Below are positions 40,583 through 51,567 of a stretch of 64,000 nt of DNA, piece by piece. The notes beneath the pieces are model-generated. The model was not told where the DNA came from. It did not search any database and was given only the letters and a program-made list of their open reading frames with translations. Positions within the stretch are counted from its first letter, which is position 1, and each line of letters starts with the position of its first letter. The DNA comes from OCS116 cluster bacterium AG-430-B22 (lineage in GTDB: Bacteria > Pseudomonadota > Alphaproteobacteria > MED-G09), in assembly GCA_003209955.1 (NCBI GenBank), contig QCOD01000008.1, positions 508 through 64,507 of the forward strand, given 5' to 3'. The translations under genes and the position numbers were made by a program.

Positions 40583-41410
40583 CTATAGGATTAGAGGTGG
40601 ATTACCAAGTGTAAATTCAACATGATTTTGGATTCTTAAGGTTTCTTTATCAATATCGCCATTAATATCCAATGGATCAATTTGGCGACCGAAAGTAATT
40701 GTATACTTAAATTCCTCTTTATTTACCAGTTCGCTAAATAGACTAATGTTCTTTAATTCTTCATTAAAAATATCTAAAAAATAATAAAAAAGTGAATTAT
40801 GCCCATCCATATGAAAAGGTATAATTGGCGCATTATATTTCTTTGACAACTTAACAATAGTGTTTAACCAAGGTCTTTCAAACAACTTGAAGCCTTTTCT
40901 TTTAGAAAGGCGAGATGATGGAAAAACTAATAAACACTTACCTTCATTAAGAGTCTCCTTTGTTCTTTTCAGAATTTCTTTGCTTTTACCGATATTTTTA
41001 TTGTCATCATTCCAATCGACAGGAATAATAATATCTTCAAAACCTTTAGATAACTTAATCATGTCAATATTTGCATAAAGCGTATAATCAGGGCGTCTAT
41101 CTTTCATGACTTCAAACATTACTATTCCATCAGTAAGACCAGTTGGATGATTTCCCGCTAATATGATTGGGCCATGTTCTGGTACCAATTCAATATTTCT
41201 TATATCTAGATTAAATTTCAGCAGATTTGTTAAATAAGTAAAACATTCAAAACCAGATATATTAGAAATATCGTCGGTAATGTTTTTTGCTGTTTGATAT
41301 TTAAATATTTTAAAAATTGTAGGCTTTATAACCGACCACAAAAACTTATTAGACATCAATTTAGGACATCTTTCTTCTATAATTTCATCAATTGGATGAA
41401 TTCTATGCAT
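40583..41410 (-). CDS. PlsC-like (lysophospholipid) acyltransferase family protein
   Basis: AGNHPTGLTDG is an acyltransferase His-Asp box variant, followed by a VFPSSRLS block. The ATG overlaps the rodA stop (ATGCATAG). The substrate is unknown. Confidence 0.65.
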   Translation of the reverse strand: MHRIHPIDEIIEERCPKLMSNKFLWSVIKPTIFKIFKYQTAKNITDDISNISGFECFTYLTNLLKFNLDIRNIELVPEHGPIILAGNHPTGLTDGIVMFEVMKDRRPDYTLYANIDMIKLSKGFEDIIIPVDWNDDNKNIGKSKEILKRTKETLNEGKCLLVFPSSRLSKRKGFKLFERPWLNTIVKLSKKYNAPIIPFHMDGHNSLFYYFLDIFNEELKNISLFSELVNKEEFKYTITFGRQIDPLDINGDIDKETLRIQNHVEFTLGNPPLIL

Positions 41411-42545
41411 CTAATATACTCTCAATCTTTATATCCCTTTGCCTTCTTGCATTAAGAACAAACCCCATCGCTGCACAAAGAGAGATTATTGCTGAACCAC
41501 CGTATGAAAGCATAGGTATTGGAACACCAACTATTGGAATTAATCCAGTTATCATCGCGCAATTAATAAAGAAATATAAAAAAATCAATACAGATATTGA
41601 TCCACATGCAACAGAACTAAATCGACTTCTAGCTACGATTGAAGTATGCATAGATATTATAATAAGGTAGGAAAAAATTGAGAAAATAAATATTCCCCCT
41701 ACTAATCCTGTTTCTTCAAGAAGCACTGCTAACATAAAATCATTATGTTTTTCGGGAAGAAAATTAAGCTGGCTCTGTGTGCCTGACATAAAACCTTTTC
41801 CAATTAAACCTCCAGAACCAATAGCTATTTTTGATTGAATTATATGATAACCTGATCCGAAAGGATCCTTATCAGGATCAAGAAAGACTTCTAATCTTTT
41901 CATTTGGTAAGGCTTTAAGTTAGTAATAATAAGCGGGATAGTCACAAAAACAAATGATGAGCCCAATACAACCCATTTCAAATAAAGCCCAGAAAAGAAA
42001 ACAGTTGAAAACCCTGCTAGAATTAGTAAAACAGCTGTCCCCAAATCAGGTTGATTTAAAATTAAAAAAGAGGGAACCAAAATTAGTATTATTGGTAATA
42101 CATTGTATCTCAATTGCCTAGATTTGCTTTCTCCAAAAAAACTATAATAGGAAGCTAATGTTAAAATTAGTATAAATTTTAAAAACTCTGATGGCTGAAA
42201 ACTTGTTCCACCTAAATTTATCCATCTAGACACTGTTGAAGACTCAAATACATATAGCCAAGCCAGCATAGCCAGTATCACAAAGTACATTGGAAAAGAA
42301 ATAACTCTCAGAATTCGAAAACTAATAAAGGAAAAAAATATAAAAAATATGAATCCAACTATTAAACGAAGAAAATGATTCATTACTGTCTGATTAAATT
42401 CTCCACCAGAAATGGAAAATAGCATCAATGATCCGGTAGAACCTAGCATAAGTAAACAAAGTGGTATGCCATAATTAATACCTCTAAATTTATCAAAGTA
42501 GAGAGTTCTTTTATGTAAAATGTTCTTTCTTTGTTTTCTATACAT
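41403..42545 (-). CDS. rodA: Peptidoglycan glycosyltransferase RodA (SEDS family)
   Basis: This FtsW/RodA/SpoVE-family protein has 10 TM segments, QPSEF.K and LPE.HNDF motifs. Confidence 0.92.
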   Translation of the reverse strand: MYRKQRKNILHKRTLYFDKFRGINYGIPLCLLMLGSTGSLMLFSISGGEFNQTVMNHFLRLIVGFIFFIFFSFISFRILRVISFPMYFVILAMLAWLYVFESSTVSRWINLGGTSFQPSEFLKFILILTLASYYSFFGESKSRQLRYNVLPIILILVPSFLILNQPDLGTAVLLILAGFSTVFFSGLYLKWVVLGSSFVFVTIPLIITNLKPYQMKRLEVFLDPDKDPFGSGYHIIQSKIAIGSGGLIGKGFMSGTQSQLNFLPEKHNDFMLAVLLEETGLVGGIFIFSIFSYLIIISMHTSIVARSRFSSVACGSISVLIFLYFFINCAMITGLIPIVGVPIPMLSYGGSAIISLCAAMGFVLNARRQRDIKIESILDA

Positions 42546-42547
42546 TT

Positions 42548-44332
42548 TTATGCTTTTGATCCCTGGGTTTTAATTTTTTGACATGCTAATAAAATATCCC
42601 TTCCTAGAGGCGCAGCTTTTTGGCTGCCTGAACCTCCATGCTCTATAACAATTGAAACAGAATATTTTGGTTGTATTGTTGGAGCATAACCAACAAAAAG
42701 AGCATGGTCTCTTTCATTCCAAACTTTTGAAATAATTATTTCTTCTTTTCTTTCTTCTTCAGTTATTTCTTTTACTTGTGAAGTTCCAGTCTTACCTGCC
42801 ATTCTCCAGTTATCCGCTTCAATTCTGCTAGAATAAGCATTACTGCCTTTTTCATTAACAGCTATATCCAATAAATCTCTAAGCAAATCTAAATTAGAAA
42901 AATTAAATCCAGCAGGCCTTATCTTATTTTTTTTATTTAAATTTGGTGACTTTATTATTTTAGGCTCAATGTAGAACCCTTTGTTTGCAATCATTGATAT
43001 CATTACATTTAATTGCAAAGGAGTTGCAGAAATATAACCCTGACCGATACCAGCAACTAGTGTATCCCCTAAATTCCAATTATTATTAATATTATTTTCT
43101 ATCCAATTTTTAGTTGGCACTAGCCCATTTCTCTCTTTGTCACTAATTAAATCGAAATTTCTACCAAATCCTAATCGAAGAGCCATATTGGCAATCTTTT
43201 CAATACCAAGTCTTCTAGCAAGGTCATAAAAATAGACATCGCAAGATTCTTTTATTGCCTTTCTAAGATCGACCTCTTCATGGCCCTTATCCTTCCAACA
43301 ATGAAAATTTCTTTTTCCATATTTTGTTTTTCCGCTACAAAAAACCTTATCATCTGGGTTAAGCAACCCATCCTCTAGGCCAGCTAAAGCAGTAACGATT
43401 TTAAATGTTGAGCCTGGAGGATATTCACCATTAATAGCTTTGTTCAAAAATGGTTTTCTTTCATCTTCTGATATTTTATTCCACTCATCGTAACTAAAGC
43501 CATCAATAAATTTATTGCTATCAAAACTTGGTGTTGAACACATAGCCAAAATTTCACCATTTTGGATATTCATTACTGTTGCCGCACCTACATTATTGCC
43601 CATTATTTTATGAACGGCGTTTTGAAGATCTTGATCAATTGTTAAAACTACATCTTGACCATTTATTGCTTTATTTTCCTCCAAAATACGTATGCTTTTT
43701 TCTTCAGAATTTACTTCTGTTTTCACATAACCTAAATGACCTGATAGAATATGATCGAATTTTAACTCTAAACCAGAAAGTCCAATAGTTTTTAAACTCT
43801 CTGAATTTGAATCATTTATGAAGCCAGTGTATCCAATAAGATGAGAAAAGCTTTTCGAATTGATATAAGATCTTTTGGAGTTATCTTCGATTAAAAAACT
43901 CTCTAAATCATCGCTTAAAAAATTTAAAGCAGATATTTCATCGATAGTTAAATTTTCTTTTATTTCTATTTTTTTTAATTTTCTATCAAATACCCTCTTA
44001 TTAATCTTCTGAATTTGATCATTATCTAAACTTAATTTATTAATAATTTTTTTTATAAGCGCTTGATCTGGTAAAGCAGACCCTGAGGAATAAGTTAGTT
44101 TAAAATTGGAAGAATTTAATGCTAATTCATTACCATTTCGATCATAAAAGATACCTCTTTTAGGAAATAATGGAGTTATTCTTATGCGATTCTTATCAGA
44201 TAATAGTAAATATTTATCTTGCTCACTGACTTGAAGTTTCCAAAGCCTTGATAAAAGAAATGATGAAAGAATAATCATTCCTCCACCAACAAAAAATACA
44301 CGACGATTTATGTCGTTGTTTTTTTCATACAT
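42548..44332 (-). CDS. mrdA: Penicillin-binding protein 2 (elongasome transpeptidase)
   Basis: It has an N-terminal TM plus PBP dimer domain, and transpeptidase motifs STFK (PGSTFK), SCD-type SxN and KTGT. Confidence 0.93.
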   Translation of the reverse strand: MYEKNNDINRRVFFVGGGMIILSSFLLSRLWKLQVSEQDKYLLLSDKNRIRITPLFPKRGIFYDRNGNELALNSSNFKLTYSSGSALPDQALIKKIINKLSLDNDQIQKINKRVFDRKLKKIEIKENLTIDEISALNFLSDDLESFLIEDNSKRSYINSKSFSHLIGYTGFINDSNSESLKTIGLSGLELKFDHILSGHLGYVKTEVNSEEKSIRILEENKAINGQDVVLTIDQDLQNAVHKIMGNNVGAATVMNIQNGEILAMCSTPSFDSNKFIDGFSYDEWNKISEDERKPFLNKAINGEYPPGSTFKIVTALAGLEDGLLNPDDKVFCSGKTKYGKRNFHCWKDKGHEEVDLRKAIKESCDVYFYDLARRLGIEKIANMALRLGFGRNFDLISDKERNGLVPTKNWIENNINNNWNLGDTLVAGIGQGYISATPLQLNVMISMIANKGFYIEPKIIKSPNLNKKNKIRPAGFNFSNLDLLRDLLDIAVNEKGSNAYSSRIEADNWRMAGKTGTSQVKEITEEERKEEIIISKVWNERDHALFVGYAPTIQPKYSVSIVIEHGGSGSQKAAPLGRDILLACQKIKTQGSKA

Positions 44333-44355
44333 TTTTAATTTTTATACTGATTCCT

Positions 44356-45402
44356 CTAATGCCTACCATAAGGCGTGCTTAATGTATCTCTCATTGTCTT
44401 TATATTTTTCATCACTTTACCTGACCCTAAAGCTACACTTGATAAAGGTTCTTCAGCATATTTTACTTTCAGGCCTGTTGCGCGCTCAATAACTACATCC
44501 ATGTTGTCTAATAATGAGCCTCCTCCAGTTAAAAGGATGCCATTCTCATAAATATCACCAGTTAATTCGGGTGGAGCTGATTCAAATGCTTCCTTAATAG
44601 TCTCTGTAATTTCAAATAATGCCTCGGCTAAACTTTCGGAAATATGTCTCTCAGTAATTTCTTTCTCTACTGGGACGCCTTCTGTTATCTCTTTACCTTT
44701 TATTGTCATCTTTCTTCCATCACCATGTTTGGGAATAATCCCTGAACCAATTTGTATTTTAAGTTGTTCTGCTGTAATCTCGCCAATGTGGATATTTTCA
44801 TTTCTTCTTAAATTAGAGATGATTGATTTATCAAATTCATTTCCACCAACTCTAATAGACTTAGAAAAAACTATTCCCCCAAGAGATATTATTGCGATTT
44901 CAGTAGTTCCCCCACCTATATCAATTATCATTGAGCCTTTTGCTTCATTAATTGGAAGATCGGATCCTATAGCTGCAGCCATAGGTTCCTCGATTAAAAA
45001 AACTTTTCTAGCTCCAGTAGCTAAACCAGAGTCCAAAATAGCTTTTCTTTCAGCGGGAGTAGAGCTTGCGGGAACACATATCATTAATCTAGGGCTAAAA
45101 AGGTTTTTATTTAATAAGGATTTACTTATAAAATATTTTAACATTTCTTCAGCAGCTAAATAATCGGCAATTATTCCCTCACGCATTGGTTTTATGGTTT
45201 CAATGTTTTCTGGGGTTCTGCCATGCATTTCTTTTGCTTTTGACCCAATGGCAATTATACCCATATTTAAATCTGCTTTATCCACAGCCAAAATTGACGG
45301 TTCATTTAAAACGATTCCATTATCATGGTGATGGATAAGTGTATTGACTGTACCTAAATCTATAGCCAAATCAGAACTAAGAAAATTCAAATATTTTTTC
45401 AA
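44356..45402 (-). CDS. mreB: Rod shape-determining actin homologue MreB
   Basis: DLAIDLGTVNT, IDIGGGTTE and LTGGGSLL are actin-fold phosphate/adenosine motifs. Confidence 0.96.
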   Translation of the reverse strand: MKKYLNFLSSDLAIDLGTVNTLIHHHDNGIVLNEPSILAVDKADLNMGIIAIGSKAKEMHGRTPENIETIKPMREGIIADYLAAEEMLKYFISKSLLNKNLFSPRLMICVPASSTPAERKAILDSGLATGARKVFLIEEPMAAAIGSDLPINEAKGSMIIDIGGGTTEIAIISLGGIVFSKSIRVGGNEFDKSIISNLRRNENIHIGEITAEQLKIQIGSGIIPKHGDGRKMTIKGKEITEGVPVEKEITERHISESLAEALFEITETIKEAFESAPPELTGDIYENGILLTGGGSLLDNMDVVIERATGLKVKYAEEPLSSVALGSGKVMKNIKTMRDTLSTPYGRH

Positions 45403-45415
45403 AAAATTCTCCTAA

Positions 45416-46963
45416 TTAATTAGCTATCTCCTCAGGAATACTTTTCTCTCTTTTAACCATAAGACGATTTAAAGCACTTATATACGCCCGAGCAGAAGCT
45501 ACTAAAGTATCAGTATCTGCACCTCTTCCTATAACTGTCTTACCTGATTCGTGTAATCTTACACTAACTTCTGCTTGAGCATCAGTTCCTTCTGTAACAG
45601 CATGAACCTGATATAACTGTAAACTAGCAGTATGTGGAATAAGAGTTCTTATTGAATTAAATAAGGCATCTACCGGTCCATCGCCCTCAGATTTATTTTG
45701 CTTTACTTCTCCATCTATCTCTAATGAAAGATCTGCAAATTGTGGGCCTTCAGTACCAGCATAAATAGATAAAGATACTAGCTTTATAACATCTAAGCCT
45801 TTAGAAAATTCATCATCAATTAGAGCAACAATATCATCGTCAAAGACTTCTTTTTTCTTATCAGCTAAATCCTTAAACCTATAAAATGCATCATTTAATT
45901 GATTGTCAGCTAGCACATAACCAAGTTCTTTGGCCTTTTCTTTAAAAGCATGTCTTCCAGAATGCTTACCCATCACTAAAGTGGATTCATTTAAACCAAT
46001 ACTTTCTGGGGTCATGATTTCATATGTTTCATTGTTCTTGAGCATTCCATCTTGATGAATACCAGATTCATGTGCAAAAGCATTTTTTCCAACAATGGCT
46101 TTATTAAATTGAACTGGAAAAGATGTAACTGAAGATACAAGTTTTGAAGCACGAGTGAAAAGCTTTGTTTCAACTCCTGAGTCATAATCTAATATATCAT
46201 TTCTTACTTTCATAGACATGACAATTTCTTCAAGAGCAGCATTACCAGCTCTCTCACCAATTCCATTCATAGTACACTCAATTTGTCTTGCGCCCGCTCT
46301 GACACCAGACAAAGAATTAGCAACTGCTAAACCTAAATCATTATGGCAATGTGTTGAGAAAATAACTTTATCTGAATCTGGTATATTTTTTATTAAAGAG
46401 TCAATTATTTCATAATATTCATCTGGGGTTGTATAACCTACTGTATCAGGAATATTAATTGTGGTAGCTCCAGATGATATAGCCATATCAACACATTTAA
46501 ATAAAAAATCTCTATCTGTTCTTGTGGCATCTTCTGCAGACCATTGAACATCTTCTACTAAATTTCTTGCTCTTGATACAGAGAAATTAATAGCATCAAG
46601 AACTTCTTGCTCATTCATTTGTAATTTGTACTGCATGTGAACAGGGCTGGTTGAAATAAAAGTATGGATTCTAGGGTTTTTTGCATACTTTAATGCTTCA
46701 GCAGCTCTATCAATATCCTTTTGTCCTGCCCTAGATAACCCACAAACTTGAACATTTTTTACTATTCTAGAGACTTCTTTAACTGACTCAAAATCACCAT
46801 TTGATGCAATCGGAAATCCGGCTTCAATAATGTCTACGCCCATTTCATCAAAAATTTCAGCAATTTGTATTTTTTCCTCAAGAGACATTGAAGCTCCTGG
46901 AGATTGCTCACCATCTCTTAAGGTTGTATCAAAAATTTTAATATAATTATCTTTACTATTCAT
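45416..46963 (-). CDS. leuA: 2-isopropylmalate synthase
   Basis: IFDTTLRDGEQSPG and HCHNDLGLAVANS are present, with a C-terminal LeuA allosteric domain. Confidence 0.95.
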   Translation of the reverse strand: MNSKDNYIKIFDTTLRDGEQSPGASMSLEEKIQIAEIFDEMGVDIIEAGFPIASNGDFESVKEVSRIVKNVQVCGLSRAGQKDIDRAAEALKYAKNPRIHTFISTSPVHMQYKLQMNEQEVLDAINFSVSRARNLVEDVQWSAEDATRTDRDFLFKCVDMAISSGATTINIPDTVGYTTPDEYYEIIDSLIKNIPDSDKVIFSTHCHNDLGLAVANSLSGVRAGARQIECTMNGIGERAGNAALEEIVMSMKVRNDILDYDSGVETKLFTRASKLVSSVTSFPVQFNKAIVGKNAFAHESGIHQDGMLKNNETYEIMTPESIGLNESTLVMGKHSGRHAFKEKAKELGYVLADNQLNDAFYRFKDLADKKKEVFDDDIVALIDDEFSKGLDVIKLVSLSIYAGTEGPQFADLSLEIDGEVKQNKSEGDGPVDALFNSIRTLIPHTASLQLYQVHAVTEGTDAQAEVSVRLHESGKTVIGRGADTDTLVASARAYISALNRLMVKREKSIPEEIAN

Positions 46964-46997
46964 TTTTTACTCCATTTGTATTGAAAGTGTTTTTTAA

Positions 46998-47031
46998 CCT
47001 CTGAGAACAAAAATATATTGAACCTCAGAGG
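46998..47031 (-). repeat. Perfect 8-bp inverted repeat (CCTCTGAG-N18-CTCAGAGG), a potential RNA hairpin in the leuA 5' region
   Basis: Read directly. On the minus-strand transcript, the arm transcribed first (47031-47024) contains the stop codon of the small Leu-rich ORF. No U-run follows. Confidence 0.75.
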
Positions 47032-47129
47032 CAAATCAGGAGTAATGCTAGTAAACCTAGAACAACCAAAAAGATATTGTTGAAAGAATTGATGCTTTCA
47101 AAAAAATTATTATTTTCTAATTGTTCCAT
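47025..47129 (-). CDS. Candidate 34-aa Leu-rich small ORF (leader peptide or small membrane protein) upstream of leuA
   Basis: It translates to MEQLENNNFFESINSFNNIFLVVLGLLALLLICL. AAGGT lies ~8 nt upstream of the ATG. It sits in the largest intergenic gap (220 nt) of a long co-directional block. It is below the ORF-track size cutoff and unverified. Confidence 0.3.
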   Translation of the reverse strand: MEQLENNNFFESINSFNNIFLVVLGLLALLLICL

Positions 47130-47183
47130 TTCATTACCTTTAAAAAGATAAATGCATGAAATTTTTGATTTATTCAAGAGAAA

Positions 47184-48741
<1,558 letters not shown>

Positions 48742-48742
48742 A

Positions 48743-50500
48743 TTAAATTAATACCTTCCCTTCATCAGAAACCTCTGGGTTATCGTCGCTTTCTCCTAAT
48801 AACATTTCATTATGCGCTGCTCCTGAAGGAATCATCGGATAGCAATTCTCATCTTGGTCAACCACACAATCAAAAATAACTGGACCTTGATAATCGACCA
48901 TTTCTTGTATTTTTTGATCCAGTTCGTCAGGTTTTATTGCTCTAAGACCAAGACAGCCATATGCCTCAGCAAGTTTTACAAAATCAGGTAAAGAATCTGT
49001 ATATGAATGAGAATATCTTCCTCCATGCAATAATTCTTGCCATTGCCTTACCATTCCCATGTACTGATTATTTAGTATAAATACCTTAATAGGAAGTTTG
49101 TGCTGAACAGCTGTCGATAGCTCTTGAATATTCATCAATATTGATGCTTCGCCAGCAATATCAATAACTAAACTGCTTGGGTGGGCCACTTGAACACCAA
49201 TTGCAGCAGGTAACCCATAACCCATTGTTCCAAGTCCCCCCGAGGTCATCCATCTATTAGGTTCATCAAATTTATAATATTGAGCAGCCCACATTTGATG
49301 CTGCCCTACTTCAGTAGTTATATATGAATCATTATCTTTAGTTAGCTCATATAATCTTTCTACCGCATATTGAGGCTTTATCACATCAGTGGAATTTTTA
49401 TAATCTAGAGATTTTTTATTTCTCCATTTTTCAATTTGTTCCATCCATGAGTCAATATTTACCCTTAGGCCTTTCGATTTCCATTTTAATAAAATACCTT
49501 CAATTGCGTGGGCGCAATCACCAACTACAGAAACATCAACTGGTACAGTCTTATTCATTGATGAAGGATCAATGTCAATGTGTATTTTTTTTGAATTAGG
49601 TGAAAAAGCATCTAATCTTCCAGTAACCCTATCATCAAACCTTGCGCCAATATTTATTAAAAGATCACATTCATTCATCGCTAAATTAGCTTCATAGGTT
49701 CCATGCATTCCAAGCATTCCAAGCCAATTAGTCTCATTTGATGGAAATGCACCTAAACCCATTAAAGTGCTGGTAATGGGAAAACCAGTTAATAACACAA
49801 GCTCTTTTAATAAATGACTTGCTTCTGAACCAGAGTTTATGACTCCTCCACCAGTATAAAAAATAGGTTTTTTAGCATTTGCCATCAATTCTATAGCTTC
49901 ATCGATAAAACGCATATCGGGCTTAATCTGAGGATTATAGTTTTCTGATTTTATTTCACTTGGTGGAAAATATTTTGCATCAGCAAATTGAATATCTTTT
50001 GGAATATCTACAACAACTGGACCAGGTCTTCCTGAAGTAGCCACATGAAAAGCTTCATGTAAAATACGACATAAGTCATCAGGATCTTTTACAAGCCAAT
50101 TATGTTTTGTGCATGGTCTCGTTATTCCAACAGTATCTGCTTCTTGAAAAGCATCAGTTCCAATTAAATGAGTTGGTACTTGGCCTGAAATGCAAACTAG
50201 AGGAATTGAATCCATCATTGCATCAGTTAATCCAGTAACAGCATTGGTAGCTCCAGGTCCAGATGTTACAACTAAAACTCCAGGTTTTCCTGTTGATCTA
50301 GCATATCCTTCAGCTGCATGTGCAGCGCCTTGTTCATGCCTTACTAAAATATGTCTAGGTGAGTCATTGCTTTTGAATATCTCATCATATAATGGCAAAA
50401 CAGCACCACCAGGATATCCAAAAATATGATCAACTGAATGATCTTTTAAAACCTTCAGTATCACCTCTGCGCCAGTTAATTTAGTCATACTTTTTTCCAT
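48743..50500 (-). CDS. ilvI: Acetolactate synthase large (catalytic) subunit
   Basis: This ThDP enzyme has GYPGGAVLP, the [14 protein letters not shown] ThDP-binding motif and [12 protein letters not shown]. Confidence 0.95.
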   Translation of the reverse strand: MEKSMTKLTGAEVILKVLKDHSVDHIFGYPGGAVLPLYDEIFKSNDSPRHILVRHEQGAAHAAEGYARSTGKPGVLVVTSGPGATNAVTGLTDAMMDSIPLVCISGQVPTHLIGTDAFQEADTVGITRPCTKHNWLVKDPDDLCRILHEAFHVATSGRPGPVVVDIPKDIQFADAKYFPPSEIKSENYNPQIKPDMRFIDEAIELMANAKKPIFYTGGGVINSGSEASHLLKELVLLTGFPITSTLMGLGAFPSNETNWLGMLGMHGTYEANLAMNECDLLINIGARFDDRVTGRLDAFSPNSKKIHIDIDPSSMNKTVPVDVSVVGDCAHAIEGILLKWKSKGLRVNIDSWMEQIEKWRNKKSLDYKNSTDVIKPQYAVERLYELTKDNDSYITTEVGQHQMWAAQYYKFDEPNRWMTSGGLGTMGYGLPAAIGVQVAHPSSLVIDIAGEASILMNIQELSTAVQHKLPIKVFILNNQYMGMVRQWQELLHGGRYSHSYTDSLPDFVKLAEAYGCLGLRAIKPDELDQKIQEMVDYQGPVIFDCVVDQDENCYPMIPSGAAHNEMLLGESDDNPEVSDEGKVLI

Positions 50501-50548
50501 TTAATGATATGCGAAAATTAAATTCTAAATACATAAAGGTCAAGAGTT

Positions 50549-51460
50549 TTATAATTTTTTAATAAAATAATCTACTATTTTATCTGATTCTTGCGTAGAA
50601 AAGCTTTTCCATGAAATCATCTGATGTTTTAACCATGTTATTTGTCTTTTTGCATATTGATGAGTTCTAAATTTAATCAAATCTTTAACTTCATCAATAT
50701 TAATTTTTTTTTGTAAATATTCTTTAATTTCACTAACGCCAATTGCATTTAAAATAGGCGCTTTATCATCATAATTCTTATCTATTAAAGACTGAACTTC
50801 TTCTATTACCCCTAATTGAAACATATGATCGCATCTATCATCACAGTTTTGGTAAAGCTTCTCTCTGTCGGTGTTAAGTTTAATTTTTATAAAATTATCT
50901 TCAAAAACTTTTATTCTCTCCAATTTCCAATAATCAGATATCTTTTTACCAGTACCTCTAAATACTTCTAAAGCTCTTAAAATTCTTTGTTGATCATTTC
51001 TATCTATTGATTCATATGCTTGAATATCTATAACTTTAAGCTCTCCATATAGTTTTTCTAAACCTCTTATATTTAATTCTTTTTTTAACCTTCCTCTTAT
51101 TTCGTAATTAATATCAGGAATTGGCGATAATCCATCAGTCATAGCTTTAAAATACAAACCTGTTCCGCCAACGAGAATAGGTTTTGAATTTTTTTTTAAA
51201 ATCTTTTGAGTTATTTTCTTTGCTTCATTAATCCATTTTCCTACTGACCATAATTCATCACCATTTACAAAACCATAAAGGTGGTGATTAGGGTCATTTT
51301 CTTTCGGCTTAGGTCGAGCAGTAAGTATTTCTAAATCTTTATAAATTTGTATTGAATCAGCATTAATTATTTCACCATCTATTTTTTTAGCCAATGTATT
51401 TGCAAGTGATGATTTTCCCGATGCTGTAGGTCCAGCTATAAGAATAATTTTGTTTTCCAT
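50549..51460 (-). CDS. miaA: tRNA dimethylallyltransferase
   Basis: P-loop GPTASGKS, DSIQIYK.L.I.TA.P and LVGGTGLY are present. The start was set to the ATG at 51460 (MENKIILIAG) rather than the upstream TTG. Confidence 0.92.
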   Translation of the reverse strand: MENKIILIAGPTASGKSSLANTLAKKIDGEIINADSIQIYKDLEILTARPKPKENDPNHHLYGFVNGDELWSVGKWINEAKKITQKILKKNSKPILVGGTGLYFKAMTDGLSPIPDINYEIRGRLKKELNIRGLEKLYGELKVIDIQAYESIDRNDQQRILRALEVFRGTGKKISDYWKLERIKVFEDNFIKIKLNTDREKLYQNCDDRCDHMFQLGVIEEVQSLIDKNYDDKAPILNAIGVSEIKEYLQKKINIDEVKDLIKFRTHQYAKRQITWLKHQMISWKSFSTQESDKIVDYFIKKL

Positions 51461-51567
51461 GCTATTAAATAATAAAATAAGTTTAGAAAAAATAAATACC
51501 AAAATTTAACAAACTATTTTATCTAAATATGTTATCTAGGTATCTATTAATATACAAAAGAGAAATA

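Noticed and set aside
45278-45286. A third perfect TTATCCACA within the window.
   Set aside because: It lies inside the mreB coding sequence, is isolated, and is about what chance predicts for one copy per window. I use it only as the background estimate.
46998-47031. Considered the 8-bp hairpin upstream of leuA as an intrinsic terminator for ilvC.
   Set aside because: No U-run follows the stem on either strand, and the 18-nt loop is large. It is kept only as a possible regulatory hairpin linked to the small ORF.
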